Source of the DNA: Candidatus Saccharimonadota bacterium
GTDB taxonomy: Archaea > Nanobdellota > Nanobdellia > Pacearchaeales > GW2011-AR1
Assembly (NCBI GenBank): GCA_049511795.1
Contig: JBEKXS010000001.1
Coordinates: forward strand, 120,001-152,000
Length of the DNA stretch: 32,000 bases
Direction of reading: 5' to 3'
The notes beneath the pieces are model-generated. The model had not been told where the DNA came from, did no database searches, and saw only the letters and a program-made list of their open reading frames with translations. Positions 8,395 to 15,641 of the stretch are shown one piece after another. Position 1 is the first letter of the stretch; each line of letters begins with the position of its first letter. Position numbers and translations under genes: made by a program.

Positions 8395-9024
8395 TTAATC
8401 CCCTTCAACAAAAGGCACAAAGACAAAACCAGGCAGCCGTTTTTTTATCTCAAACTCTGCCTCTGAATGCCTTTCAATAACAATTATTTCCTGCTCAAAG
8501 CGCGAGCCTTTTGGAGCGACAAGAATTCCTCCATGAGTTTTGAGCTGAGCCATTATTTTCTCGGGAACATCTCGCAATGCAGCGCTGATAAGGATCCTGT
8601 CAAACTTTGCCTCATCTGGAAATCCATTTGAGCCGTTTCTTTTGTAAATTTTAATGTTTTTGTATCCTGCATCTTCAATGTTTTCTTTTGATTTTTTCAC
8701 AAGCTCTGGAATAATTTCAAGACCGATAACTTTTCCTGTTTTTCCGATAAGCTCTGAAATAAGAGCAAGAACATAACCTGAGCCTGATCCTATCTCAAGA
8801 ACTTTCTGCCCTGGCTTAAGGTGAAGATTTGAAAGCATAAGGGCAATTGTATAAGGCTGTGAAGTTGTCTGGCCTTTTGTAAGTGGCAAAGGGGTGTCTT
8901 CATAAGCCATTTTCTTCAGATTATTTGATATGAAGTTCTCCCTGTTAACTTTTGAAAAAGCATCTATTATTTTCTCTGGTGCTCCTCTTTCCCTGAGGCT
9001 CCATAGCAGCTCTTTCTTGTTCAT
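8395..9024 (-). CDS. pcm: Protein-L-isoaspartate O-methyltransferase
   Basis: The motifs TSQPYTIALMLSNLHLKPGQKVLEIGSGSGYVLALISELIG..GKVIGLEI and ...DRILISAA... are canonical for PIMT. I chose the start at the ATG at 9024 (MNKKELL...) because TATTTAAA starts 29 nt upstream. The ORF track extends to 9066. Confidence 0.9.
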   Translation of the reverse strand: MNKKELLWSLRERGAPEKIIDAFSKVNRENFISNNLKKMAYEDTPLPLTKGQTTSQPYTIALMLSNLHLKPGQKVLEIGSGSGYVLALISELIGKTGKVIGLEIIPELVKKSKENIEDAGYKNIKIYKRNGSNGFPDEAKFDRILISAALRDVPEKIMAQLKTHGGILVAPKGSRFEQEIIVIERHSEAEFEIKKRLPGFVFVPFVEGD

Positions 9025-9105
9025 AATCAAAAAAAGTTTTCCTGGTTTAAATATCTTAATCATCACAATAAAGGTTATAAAGAAAAAATAAAGTTAATTT
9101 TTATT

Positions 9106-9387
9106 ATGGGAACAAAAGTTCAGATAGGAAGTGGGCCTTCAATGCCAATAGAAGATTTGGAAAGAATACTATCTGAAGCAAGAAAAATTGAAAGTAAAAA
9201 AATTAAACGTAACCGGAAGTTAATTGAGCAGGCCGGGAATCCTGTTCCTGAAAGGCAAATATTGGTGCATTATGATTCCTCTAGTCCTAATTTAGGGTAT
9301 TCTGTTGATGATATATTACCAAATGGCCAAAGACCAATTAAGGTTGGTGAGGCAGAATATCGTTCTAGTGATTTAAGAGGAGTATAA
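9106..9387 (+). CDS. Hypothetical protein
   Basis: 93-aa ORF. GTTATAAA lies about 30 nt upstream. No recognisable motif. Confidence 0.45.
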   Translation: MGTKVQIGSGPSMPIEDLERILSEARKIESKKIKRNRKLIEQAGNPVPERQILVHYDSSSPNLGYSVDDILPNGQRPIKVGEAEYRSSDLRGV

Positions 9388-9393
9388 TTTTTT

Positions 9394-9723
9394 ATGGAAA
9401 AAATAGTAAAATACAATTTGGGTTATCAGAGGGATTTGCCTGATGGGGGAACGGAACAACTCAGATCTGAAAGAGAGATGCTTAGTGCGGTAGAAATTCC
9501 CTTAATTAAACCAGAAGAAATAGCAAATGCTGATAGACTTGAGAGGAGAATAGAAGTCCATCCAGGAGATCATGCAGGAATAATGCCATGCCTATTTGGA
9601 TATAGTGTTAATATACATGCTATAAGAGACGGACGTGATGTCTGGATTGGTGGCGAGACGCTTAATTCTAATAGTTTAAGAAAAATAATTGATAAAAAAC
9701 ATAGCGAAGCTGCATCTGGTTGA
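9394..9723 (+). CDS. Hypothetical protein
   Basis: 109-aa ORF beginning 6 nt after the previous stop, so probably co-translated. No recognisable motif. Confidence 0.45.
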   Translation: MEKIVKYNLGYQRDLPDGGTEQLRSEREMLSAVEIPLIKPEEIANADRLERRIEVHPGDHAGIMPCLFGYSVNIHAIRDGRDVWIGGETLNSNSLRKIIDKKHSEAASG

Positions 9724-9733
9724 TAAAACAATT

Positions 9734-12598
9734 TTAAACCTTCAAGCTAATTATTTTTGAAATTCCTTCATGCATGCTGACGCCGTAAAGATTTGTTGCC
9801 TTGGAAATGACTTCATCATTGTGTGTTATGACAATATACTGTCCTTTCTGCATGTATTTGTTAAGAAGACCGGCAAGACGTTCTGAATTTCTTTTGTCAA
9901 GAGCTGCATCTATTTCATCAACAAGATAAAAATAATATGGCCTGTACTCCTGAATTGCGAAGATAAGGGAAAGTGCAACAAGTGTCTGCTCTCCGCCTGA
10001 AAGGGATTTTACATCAAAGTATCTTCCATGGCCCGTTTTTACAGTTATCAAAACTCCAGCGCCTTCTGCAAATGGGTCTTGAGGATTTTCAAGCTCAAGA
10101 TAAACCTGGCCTTTTGTGCTAAGTTCTGAGAAATTTCTGGAAAAGAGTTCATTAAGCGTGTTTAATGTTTGCATGAAAACTTTCTTTTTCTTGACATCTA
10201 TTTCATGAATGATTTTCATTATGCCTTCTTTTTCTTTCTCAATTATTTCTGCTTTTTCCTTTACAGCATCATATTCTTTCTTTATTGAATCGTAAACTTC
10301 AAGAGAACGGAGGTTTACTGTTCCGATGCTTGCAAATGTTTCCTGGTTGCGGGCAAGTCTTTCTGTCAAAAGATCGCGCGATGTTTTTATTATTTCAATT
10401 TCACCGAAACCTGCAAGCTCTGTTTCAAGGTTTTCTGCTTCTGCGTCAATTCTTGCTTTTGTTATTTTGACTTCATTGATTTCTTGTTCTTCTGCGCGGA
10501 TTTCTGTCTGCTTTTTTGAAATTTCCAGTTCTGTATCCCTGTTTTTCTTCTGAAGTGCATCGCGGTCTGAAATAAGCTTTTGGAATTTCTCGCTGAGTTT
10601 TTCTTCCTGAACTTTTTTCTTTTCTAGGATTTCTTCTTTTTCCATCAAAACATCTGTAAGGGAATTTATCTCTTCATTAATGTCTTCCTCATTTCTCAAT
10701 ACCTGTTTTATTGAAGCGCGCATCCTTTCTGCTTCCCGCTCCTTGAATTCAACTTCTGAATCAAGATTTTCTTTTGTCCTTGTTGAAATTTCCTGCAACT
10801 CAATCCTTAAGTTTTCGTATTTTTCATCAATGTTTGAATTGTTCCCAACTTCTTCTTCAAGATTCTTTCCTTTTTTAACAAGCTCTGCAATTTCCTTTTT
10901 CAAATCATCTGCCTTAATCTGCATTGTCTTTATCTGCTCTTTCTTTTCCTCTATTGAGAAAAGTTTTCCAATGTCAACTTCTGTTTTTGAAATATCAGAG
11001 GTTATTTGCTCTATATCTTTTGAAAGAAGCTGCTTTTTCTGGGAGATTTCCTTAAGCTCCTTGTCCATTGACTCAACTCTTTTTTTCAGGTTGTCAATTA
11101 TTGGAGCCATTTCTTTTTTTATCATTCCAAGATGCTCTTTTGTTATCTTGCTTTTGCAGACAGGGCAAATATCCATGCTTGAAATCTTCTCAAGCGTTTC
11201 TCTGTGATGCTCTATCTCTGATTCATTTGCATAAATTATTTTTTCAATCTCTGTTTCCCTTTTGAGGATGTTATTCATTGAATCTTGCTTTTCTGCAAGC
11301 TGGTGCCTTAATTCATCAAGCTTGTTTTGAGAAGAATGTTTGTCAGAAAGCGCTATTGAAATATTCTCTATCTGCCTTAAAAGAAAGTCAGACTCATTTG
11401 TGTAATTCTGGAAAAGGGAATTCTTGTCTTCAAGCCTTTCCTTGGTGTTTTTTAATTCTGCCTTTGATGTATAGAATTTTTTCCTTAAACTTTCAAGTTT
11501 TTCAAGCTCAAGCTTCTTTTTTTCCATTTCTTTTGATTTTGTCGCAGAAGTAGGGGTTTCCTTTTTCAGATTTTTTACCGTTGCTTCAATTGAATCAAGA
11601 GATTCCTGAATTTCTTTTTTCTGGTGAAGAGATTCATTAAGCTTTGAATTGTAATTTTCCTTTCTCACATTCAGACCTGCAAGCTCTGCCCTTAAATCTG
11701 CAATTTCCTGGTTAAGTTTCTCTTGTTCAAGTCCTGTTGATTCCTGAATCTGCCTATTTATCGCAGAAATTTTCAACTCTGTGTTTTTTATTTCTGTTTC
11801 AAAACCAACGATTGTTTTTCTAAATTTTTCAACAATCCTGTTCTTTTCTTCTATGTCTGAATTTATTACTTCTGCTTCTTTTTTCTTTTTTGACAAATCA
11901 TAAGAGATTATGCTTGCCTTGAGTTTCTTTATGTCTTCCTCTAATTTTTTGTATTTCAATGCCTGCTGCCTTTCTTTTTCAAGATTGTTAAGATAAGCTG
12001 TTCTTTCCCTCAAAATAGATGTTATTTCCTTAAGCCTTTCATCTGTTTTTTCAAGTTCGTGGATTGATTTTTCCTTTCTTGTTTCATAAACAGATATTCC
12101 AGATACTTCCTCCAAAATTCCTCGCCTTTCTTCTGATTGCATTCTTACAAAATTTTGAATCTCACCCTGAAGAATTATATTAAATCCCTGTGGGTCAATT
12201 CCTGCCTGTGCCAGAAGGGAGAGAACTTCCTGTCTTGTTTTTGTTTCATCATTTATTTTGTAAATGCTCTGCCCGTTTTTCCTGAGAATTCTTTTTATTG
12301 AGATTTCTTGTGTATCAAGAGAAAATGTTTTCTGCGAATTGTCAAAAAAGATTTCAACGCTTGCTTCTTTCGCCGGAGCGACAGACTTGCTTCCAAGGAA
12401 AATAAGATTTCCTGCGCGTGCAGCACGCAACGATTTCATGCTCATTCTTCCAAGAACAAAGCATATTGCGTCAGAAACATTGCTTTTTCCGCTTCCGTTC
12501 GGGCCTAGAATGACATTGATTCCGGGAGTAAATAATATTTCTGTCTTTTGGGGAAAACTTTTGAAACCGTGCATCACCAGCTTTTTGATATAAGACAT
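9734..12598 (-). CDS. SMC-family ATPase lacking a hinge domain, with a central CxxC zinc-hook-like motif
   Basis: The N-terminal head is MSYIKKLVMHGFKSF...GPNGSGKSNVSDAICFVLG, followed by QGEIQNFVRMQSEERRGILEEVSGISVYETRK. The C-terminal head has LSGGEQTLVALSLIFAIQ (signature), YFYLVDEIDAALD (Walker B) and ITHN (H-loop region). About 600 aa of uninterrupted K/E-rich coiled coil lie between the heads. CPVCKSKITKEH (nt 11156-11167 encode CPVC) sits at residues 478-481 of 954. I placed the start at the ATG at 12598, which has TTTAAAAA 29 nt upstream; the track start at 12613 is TTG. Confidence 0.9.
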   Translation of the reverse strand: MSYIKKLVMHGFKSFPQKTEILFTPGINVILGPNGSGKSNVSDAICFVLGRMSMKSLRAARAGNLIFLGSKSVAPAKEASVEIFFDNSQKTFSLDTQEISIKRILRKNGQSIYKINDETKTRQEVLSLLAQAGIDPQGFNIILQGEIQNFVRMQSEERRGILEEVSGISVYETRKEKSIHELEKTDERLKEITSILRERTAYLNNLEKERQQALKYKKLEEDIKKLKASIISYDLSKKKKEAEVINSDIEEKNRIVEKFRKTIVGFETEIKNTELKISAINRQIQESTGLEQEKLNQEIADLRAELAGLNVRKENYNSKLNESLHQKKEIQESLDSIEATVKNLKKETPTSATKSKEMEKKKLELEKLESLRKKFYTSKAELKNTKERLEDKNSLFQNYTNESDFLLRQIENISIALSDKHSSQNKLDELRHQLAEKQDSMNNILKRETEIEKIIYANESEIEHHRETLEKISSMDICPVCKSKITKEHLGMIKKEMAPIIDNLKKRVESMDKELKEISQKKQLLSKDIEQITSDISKTEVDIGKLFSIEEKKEQIKTMQIKADDLKKEIAELVKKGKNLEEEVGNNSNIDEKYENLRIELQEISTRTKENLDSEVEFKEREAERMRASIKQVLRNEEDINEEINSLTDVLMEKEEILEKKKVQEEKLSEKFQKLISDRDALQKKNRDTELEISKKQTEIRAEEQEINEVKITKARIDAEAENLETELAGFGEIEIIKTSRDLLTERLARNQETFASIGTVNLRSLEVYDSIKKEYDAVKEKAEIIEKEKEGIMKIIHEIDVKKKKVFMQTLNTLNELFSRNFSELSTKGQVYLELENPQDPFAEGAGVLITVKTGHGRYFDVKSLSGGEQTLVALSLIFAIQEYRPYYFYLVDEIDAALDKRNSERLAGLLNKYMQKGQYIVITHNDEVISKATNLYGVSMHEGISKIISLKV

Positions 12599-12619
12599 AT
12601 GAAAAGTAGACAAGGCTTA

Positions 12620-12627
12620 TTTTTAAA
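12620..12627 (-). promoter_or_regulatory. TATA box (TTTAAAAA on the minus strand) for the SMC-like gene
   Basis: Starts 29 nt upstream of the ATG at 12598. Confidence 0.5.
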
Positions 12628-12671
12628 GATTATTTAGCGATAAATGAAATATATATTGTAGTAAATTAATA

Positions 12672-12679
12672 TTTATAAC
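12672..12679 (+). promoter_or_regulatory. TATA box (TTTATAAC) for the 12701 gene
   Basis: Starts 29 nt upstream of the ATG at 12701. Confidence 0.5.
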
Positions 12680-12700
12680 TTTCATTTTCCCGTGTTTTTC

Positions 12701-12952
12701 ATGGAATTAAAGGTTAAAAAGAGAAATGGGCACGAAGTTCACAGAGTCAATGGAACTGCAGAAATCAAGGAAGTTCTTGGAAGTGCTGATTTGTTTGAGC
12801 AGAAGAATCAAATAGTTCAGGTATGCTTTCGTGGAGAGCATTGTTCTGGAATATTTGAGCTTTCAGGAGACGAAGCAAAGGGGCTTTCAAAAGAATTGAA
12901 CAGAGTTACTAAAGCAGGAAACAAGTTCAAGATAATGAAATTAAGAGAATAA
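12701..12952 (+). CDS. Hypothetical small protein
   Basis: 83-aa ORF from the ATG at 12701; the track starts at the GTG at 12692. Its 3' end overlaps the convergent rnhB by 12 nt. No recognisable motif. Confidence 0.45.
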   Translation: MELKVKKRNGHEVHRVNGTAEIKEVLGSADLFEQKNQIVQVCFRGEHCSGIFELSGDEAKGLSKELNRVTKAGNKFKIMKLRE

Positions 12953-13615
12953 CTTTTTCTGATTTGAATCAGAGTGCGCTTTTTTCCAAGTGCTCCAACT
13001 TTTTCTGAAAATGCCGTGGTCATCAAGTTTTTTTAAGTTTTTTTTCAGGAATTTTTTTGTCTTTGGGTCAGATGCATAACCTGAGCCAATAGCTGGTCCA
13101 TATTTTCCCTTCAAGATATCCATCTCGCGCTCTCTTTCCTCTTTTGCAAGTATTGAAGCTGCAGAAACCGCAACATGATTTACATCTGCCTTGTGCTCGC
13201 ATGAAATTTCAAGGTTTGAGAGATTGTCTATATACGTTTTTACTGTTTCTGTCCATGATGTCCTGTTTGTTGAGGGGCAATCAATAACAACTTTCATTTT
13301 TCCAGAGCCCTTGTTTATTTCATTAATAATCTGGGCAGCCATGTGGGCTTCAAGGTCATTTAAGTTAATACCGTCTTTGTTTTTTCCATCAATTTCTGAT
13401 GCTTGTGTCTTCACGACAAAGAATGCTTCTGCTTTTTCCTTGATTGCTGTTTCCAAAAAAGCACGCCTTGTTTTTGAAAGTTGCTTGCTGTCCCGAACCC
13501 CGAGCCTCTTCAGCTCTTTTTCTGCTTCAGCTTTTATTAGGCAACCGGCAAGAATCATTGGACCAATTACAGGACCTCTTCCTGCATCATCAATACCTAA
13601 AATAAGTTCCGGCAT
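12941..13615 (-). CDS. rnhB: Ribonuclease HII
   Basis: The N-terminus ILGIDDAGRGPVIGPMILAG, plus ...DSKQLS... and ...SAASILAK..R, are classic RNase HII active-site motifs. CTTAAAAA starts 29 nt upstream of the ATG. Confidence 0.92.
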   Translation of the reverse strand: MPELILGIDDAGRGPVIGPMILAGCLIKAEAEKELKRLGVRDSKQLSKTRRAFLETAIKEKAEAFFVVKTQASEIDGKNKDGINLNDLEAHMAAQIINEINKGSGKMKVVIDCPSTNRTSWTETVKTYIDNLSNLEISCEHKADVNHVAVSAASILAKEEREREMDILKGKYGPAIGSGYASDPKTKKFLKKNLKKLDDHGIFRKSWSTWKKAHSDSNQKKLFS

Positions 13616-13692
13616 TCAAGGGAAAAATTGTTTTTGTTTTTAAGCATTTATAACTTCTTTAGGATGATTAAGTTTAGTTTTATTTCAAAAAG

Positions 13693-13700
13693 TTTATAAG
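13693..13700 (+). promoter_or_regulatory. TATA box (TTTATAAG) for initiator tRNA-Met
   Basis: Starts 31 nt upstream of the mature tRNA 5' end at 13724. Confidence 0.55.
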
Positions 13701-13723
13701 TGTTCTGCAGGTTGTTTTTGGAT

Positions 13724-13799
13724 AGCGGGGTAGAGGAGCCTGGAGTCCTCGCAGGGCCCATAACCCTGAGATCGCGTGGTTCAAATCCCGCCCCCGCTA
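13724..13799 (+). tRNA. tRNA-Met(CAU), probably the initiator
   Basis: Manual cloverleaf. The acceptor is AGCGGGG/CCCCGCT with an A1:U72 pair. The anticodon stem-loop is CAGGG-CCCAUAA-CCCUG, giving three consecutive G:C pairs next to the loop. The T arm contains GGTTCAAATCC. A1:U72 plus the GGG:CCC anticodon stem are archaeal initiator features. Confidence 0.85.
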
Positions 13800-13806
13800 T
13801 TTTTTT
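13800..13806 (+). terminator. T7 run immediately after tRNA-iMet
   Basis: TTTTTTT directly follows the discriminator base, as in a typical archaeal oligo-T terminator. Confidence 0.5.
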
Positions 13807-13815
13807 ATAAAAAAC

Positions 13816-13823
13816 CTTATAAG
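13816..13823 (+). promoter_or_regulatory. TATA box (CTTATAAG) for tRNA-Ser
   Basis: Starts 34 nt upstream of the tRNA 5' end at 13850. Confidence 0.5.
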
Positions 13824-13849
13824 TGCTAAATAATTCAAAATTTCAATAT

Positions 13850-13930
13850 GCCACAGTCGCATAGCGGTATTGCAGCGGATTGCTAATCCGCGCCCTTCGG
13901 GGCTCCCAGGTTCGATTCCTGGCTGTGGCG
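13850..13930 (+). tRNA. tRNA-Ser(GCU), type II with a long variable arm
   Basis: Manual fold. The acceptor is GCCACAG/CTGTGGC and the anticodon stem-loop is GCGGA-TTGCTAA-TCCGC. The variable arm is GCCCTTCGGGGC and the T arm is CCAGG-TTCGATT-CCTGG. Confidence 0.85.
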
Positions 13931-13938
13931 TTTTCAAC

Positions 13939-14487
13939 ATGCCTGAAATTTACCAGCCAGAAGAAGATTCTTATTTGATGTCTGAGAAAATAGCAGAGGA
14001 AATCTCAAATATATTAAGCAAAAATAAAAATCCAATTTTTTTGGAAATAGGCTGTGGTTCTGGAATAAATTTGCGGGTTGCACTTGATTCTGGAATAAAA
14101 AAACAAAATATTCTTGGCACAGACATTAATGAAGAAGCTGTCAGGCATTGTAAAAGTTTAGGATTTAATTGCATATTATCTGATTTGTTTGACAAGATCA
14201 AGGGAAAATTTGACATAATTGTTTTCAATCCCCCATATTTGCCGTTGGACAAAAATGAGCCAGAAGAATCAAGGCAGGAAACAACAGGTGGAAAAAAAGG
14301 AAATGAAATAATTATTAAATTTCTGAACCAGGCAAAGAAATATTTAGCAAAAGAAGGGGAAATTCTGATAATAACCAGTAGTTTATCTCAAGATGTTGAT
14401 TTCAAGAAGTTAGGTTATAGAGCTGCTGAGTTAGCAGATAAAAAATTATTCTTTGAAAAAATAATTATCTGGAGGTTAGAGATATAA
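13939..14487 (+). CDS. HemK/Mtq2-like N5-glutamine (or N6-adenine) methyltransferase
   Basis: Contains FLEIGCGSGINL (motif I) and IIVFNPPYLP (NPPY motif IV). The ATG at 13939 lies 8 nt after the tRNA-Ser 3' end. The ORF-track start at 13870 falls inside the tRNA and is rejected. Confidence 0.8.
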   Translation: MPEIYQPEEDSYLMSEKIAEEISNILSKNKNPIFLEIGCGSGINLRVALDSGIKKQNILGTDINEEAVRHCKSLGFNCILSDLFDKIKGKFDIIVFNPPYLPLDKNEPEESRQETTGGKKGNEIIIKFLNQAKKYLAKEGEILIITSSLSQDVDFKKLGYRAAELADKKLFFEKIIIWRLEI

Positions 14488-14489
14488 AA

Positions 14490-15077
14490 TTAATCCAAGG
14501 CAACAAACTTATCCCTGCCTGTCTGTTTTGCCTTGTAAAGAGCTTGGTCAACACGCTCTTTTATTTTTTTCTCTGAGTCATCTCTTCTGTATTCTGTTAA
14601 ACCGCCAGAAACAGTCAAGCCATATTTCTTGAATATAGTATCTGATTTTATTGCGTCTCTAAGCCTTGAAGTTATCGTTTTTGCTTTTTCAAGATCTGTT
14701 TGTGGAAGGAGAATCATAAACTCTTCTCCACCAAATCTTGCAATGACATCAGGAGTTCTTAGCTGGTTCACAAGCATTTTTGAAAGCCTTACAAGAAATT
14801 CATCTGCTTTCATATGCCCGTATTTGTCATTTATTTTTTTGAAGAAGTCAACATCTATCATGAAAAGAGAAAGATGTTCCTGATTTCTCCTTGCCTTCTC
14901 TATTTCCATGTTAAAAACATTGTCAAAGAACTTCATGTTATACAATCCGGTTTTTTCGTCATGAGTTGCAATTTCATAAAGCCAAGAAACATATTTTTTA
15001 TCAGAAGGCTTAACGCTTTTGAAGAGTTTTTCTATTTTTTCCCTGAAATCTTTTCCAAATGCTGCTTTCTTACTCAT
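14490..15077 (-). CDS. Stand-alone GGDEF-domain protein (putative diguanylate cyclase)
   Basis: Matches the GGDEF family along the whole domain: HDEKTGLYNMKFF, FMIDVDFFKKINDKYGHMKADEFL, RTPDVIARFGGEEFMILLP, LTVSGGL and VDQALYKAKQTGRDKF. GGEEF is encoded at nt 14718-14732. RTPD, an RxxD motif five residues upstream, is encoded at nt 14748-14759. The ATG at 15077 has TTTATTAA 29 nt upstream; the track start at 15083 is TTG. Confidence 0.85.
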   Translation of the reverse strand: MSKKAAFGKDFREKIEKLFKSVKPSDKKYVSWLYEIATHDEKTGLYNMKFFDNVFNMEIEKARRNQEHLSLFMIDVDFFKKINDKYGHMKADEFLVRLSKMLVNQLRTPDVIARFGGEEFMILLPQTDLEKAKTITSRLRDAIKSDTIFKKYGLTVSGGLTEYRRDDSEKKIKERVDQALYKAKQTGRDKFVALD

Positions 15078-15098
15078 TAGCAATTTAACAATTTTTAT

Positions 15099-15106
15099 TT
15101 AATAAA
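15099..15106 (-). promoter_or_regulatory. TATA-like box (TTTATTAA on the minus strand) for the GGDEF gene
   Basis: Starts 29 nt upstream of the ATG at 15077. Confidence 0.45.
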
Positions 15107-15121
15107 GCTTTCTTATTAAGA

Positions 15122-15129
15122 TTTATAAA
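15122..15129 (+). promoter_or_regulatory. TATA box (TTTATAAA) for the 15151 gene
   Basis: Starts 29 nt upstream of the ATG at 15151. Confidence 0.5.
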
Positions 15130-15150
15130 TGATTTCTCCCTGTATAAATT

Positions 15151-15627
15151 ATGTACAATTGGTCTGGTCAAATGATGAATGGAAGCTGGAATAATTGGAT
15201 GAATGTCACAAATTACAGGGATTTTATACTAGGAGGAAGCTTAGGGGCATTAATTGCTGCATTGTTTATATTCGCTGTAATATTCTTCATTGCTTTATAC
15301 ATTTATTTTGCACTTGCATGGAGAGCAATAGCAAGAAAAAGAGGATACAAGCATCCATGGCTTGCATGGGTTCCTGTTGCAAACATAGCAATGTGGCTTC
15401 AAATGGGTGGATTTTCATGGGCATGGATTTTCCTTATGATTATTCCTATAGCAGGATGGATTGCAGTCTTTGTTTTATTCTTAATATCAACATGGAAAGT
15501 CTTTGAGAAATTGAAATATCCAGGGTGGCTTGGTCTTTCGCCTCTTCTGAGTGTTTTGGGTCATGGATTCGGATTCCTTGCATATGGAATTATAATAGGA
15601 ATAGTTGCTTGGAAGAAGAAAAGATAA
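15151..15627 (+). CDS. Integral membrane protein (about four TM helices), unknown function
   Basis: 158 aa with hydrophobic segments FILGGSLGALIAALFIFAVIFFIALYIYFALAW, WLAWVPVANIAMWLQMGGFSWAWIFLMIIPIAGWIAVFVLFLI and FGFLAYGIIIGIVAW. The alternative-frame ORF at 15195..15506 is rejected. Confidence 0.6.
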   Translation: MYNWSGQMMNGSWNNWMNVTNYRDFILGGSLGALIAALFIFAVIFFIALYIYFALAWRAIARKRGYKHPWLAWVPVANIAMWLQMGGFSWAWIFLMIIPIAGWIAVFVLFLISTWKVFEKLKYPGWLGLSPLLSVLGHGFGFLAYGIIIGIVAWKKKR

Positions 15628-15641
15628 TAAGCAATAAAAAA

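Noticed and set aside
10285-12593. Numerous plus-strand ORFs of 60-175 aa antisense to the SMC-like gene (for example 10680..11207 and 12264..12593)
   Set aside because: They are F/S/L/C-rich mirror images of a K/E-rich coiled-coil gene. They have no promoters or motifs and are completely contained in a well-supported CDS.
9734-12598. Calling the large coiled-coil ATPase Rad50 because of its CPVC hook
   Set aside because: The head motifs are SMC-type, not Rad50-type: GFKSF...GPNGSGKSN..DAI.FVLG, QGEI...EERR..LEE.SGI, FAIQ...P.YF..DEIDAALD. No mre11 gene is adjacent. I therefore report it as an SMC-family protein with a hook, not as Rad50.
13870-13938. ORF-track start of the methyltransferase inside tRNA-Ser
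   Set aside because: This stretch is the 3' two-thirds of a well-folding tRNA. The ATG at 13939 gives a normal HemK-like N-terminus.
14487-14492. Possible bidirectional terminator between the convergent methyltransferase and GGDEF genes
   Set aside because: The two stop codons are only 2 nt apart, leaving no room for an intergenic terminator. Any termination signal must lie inside the opposing coding sequence, and I could not identify one confidently.
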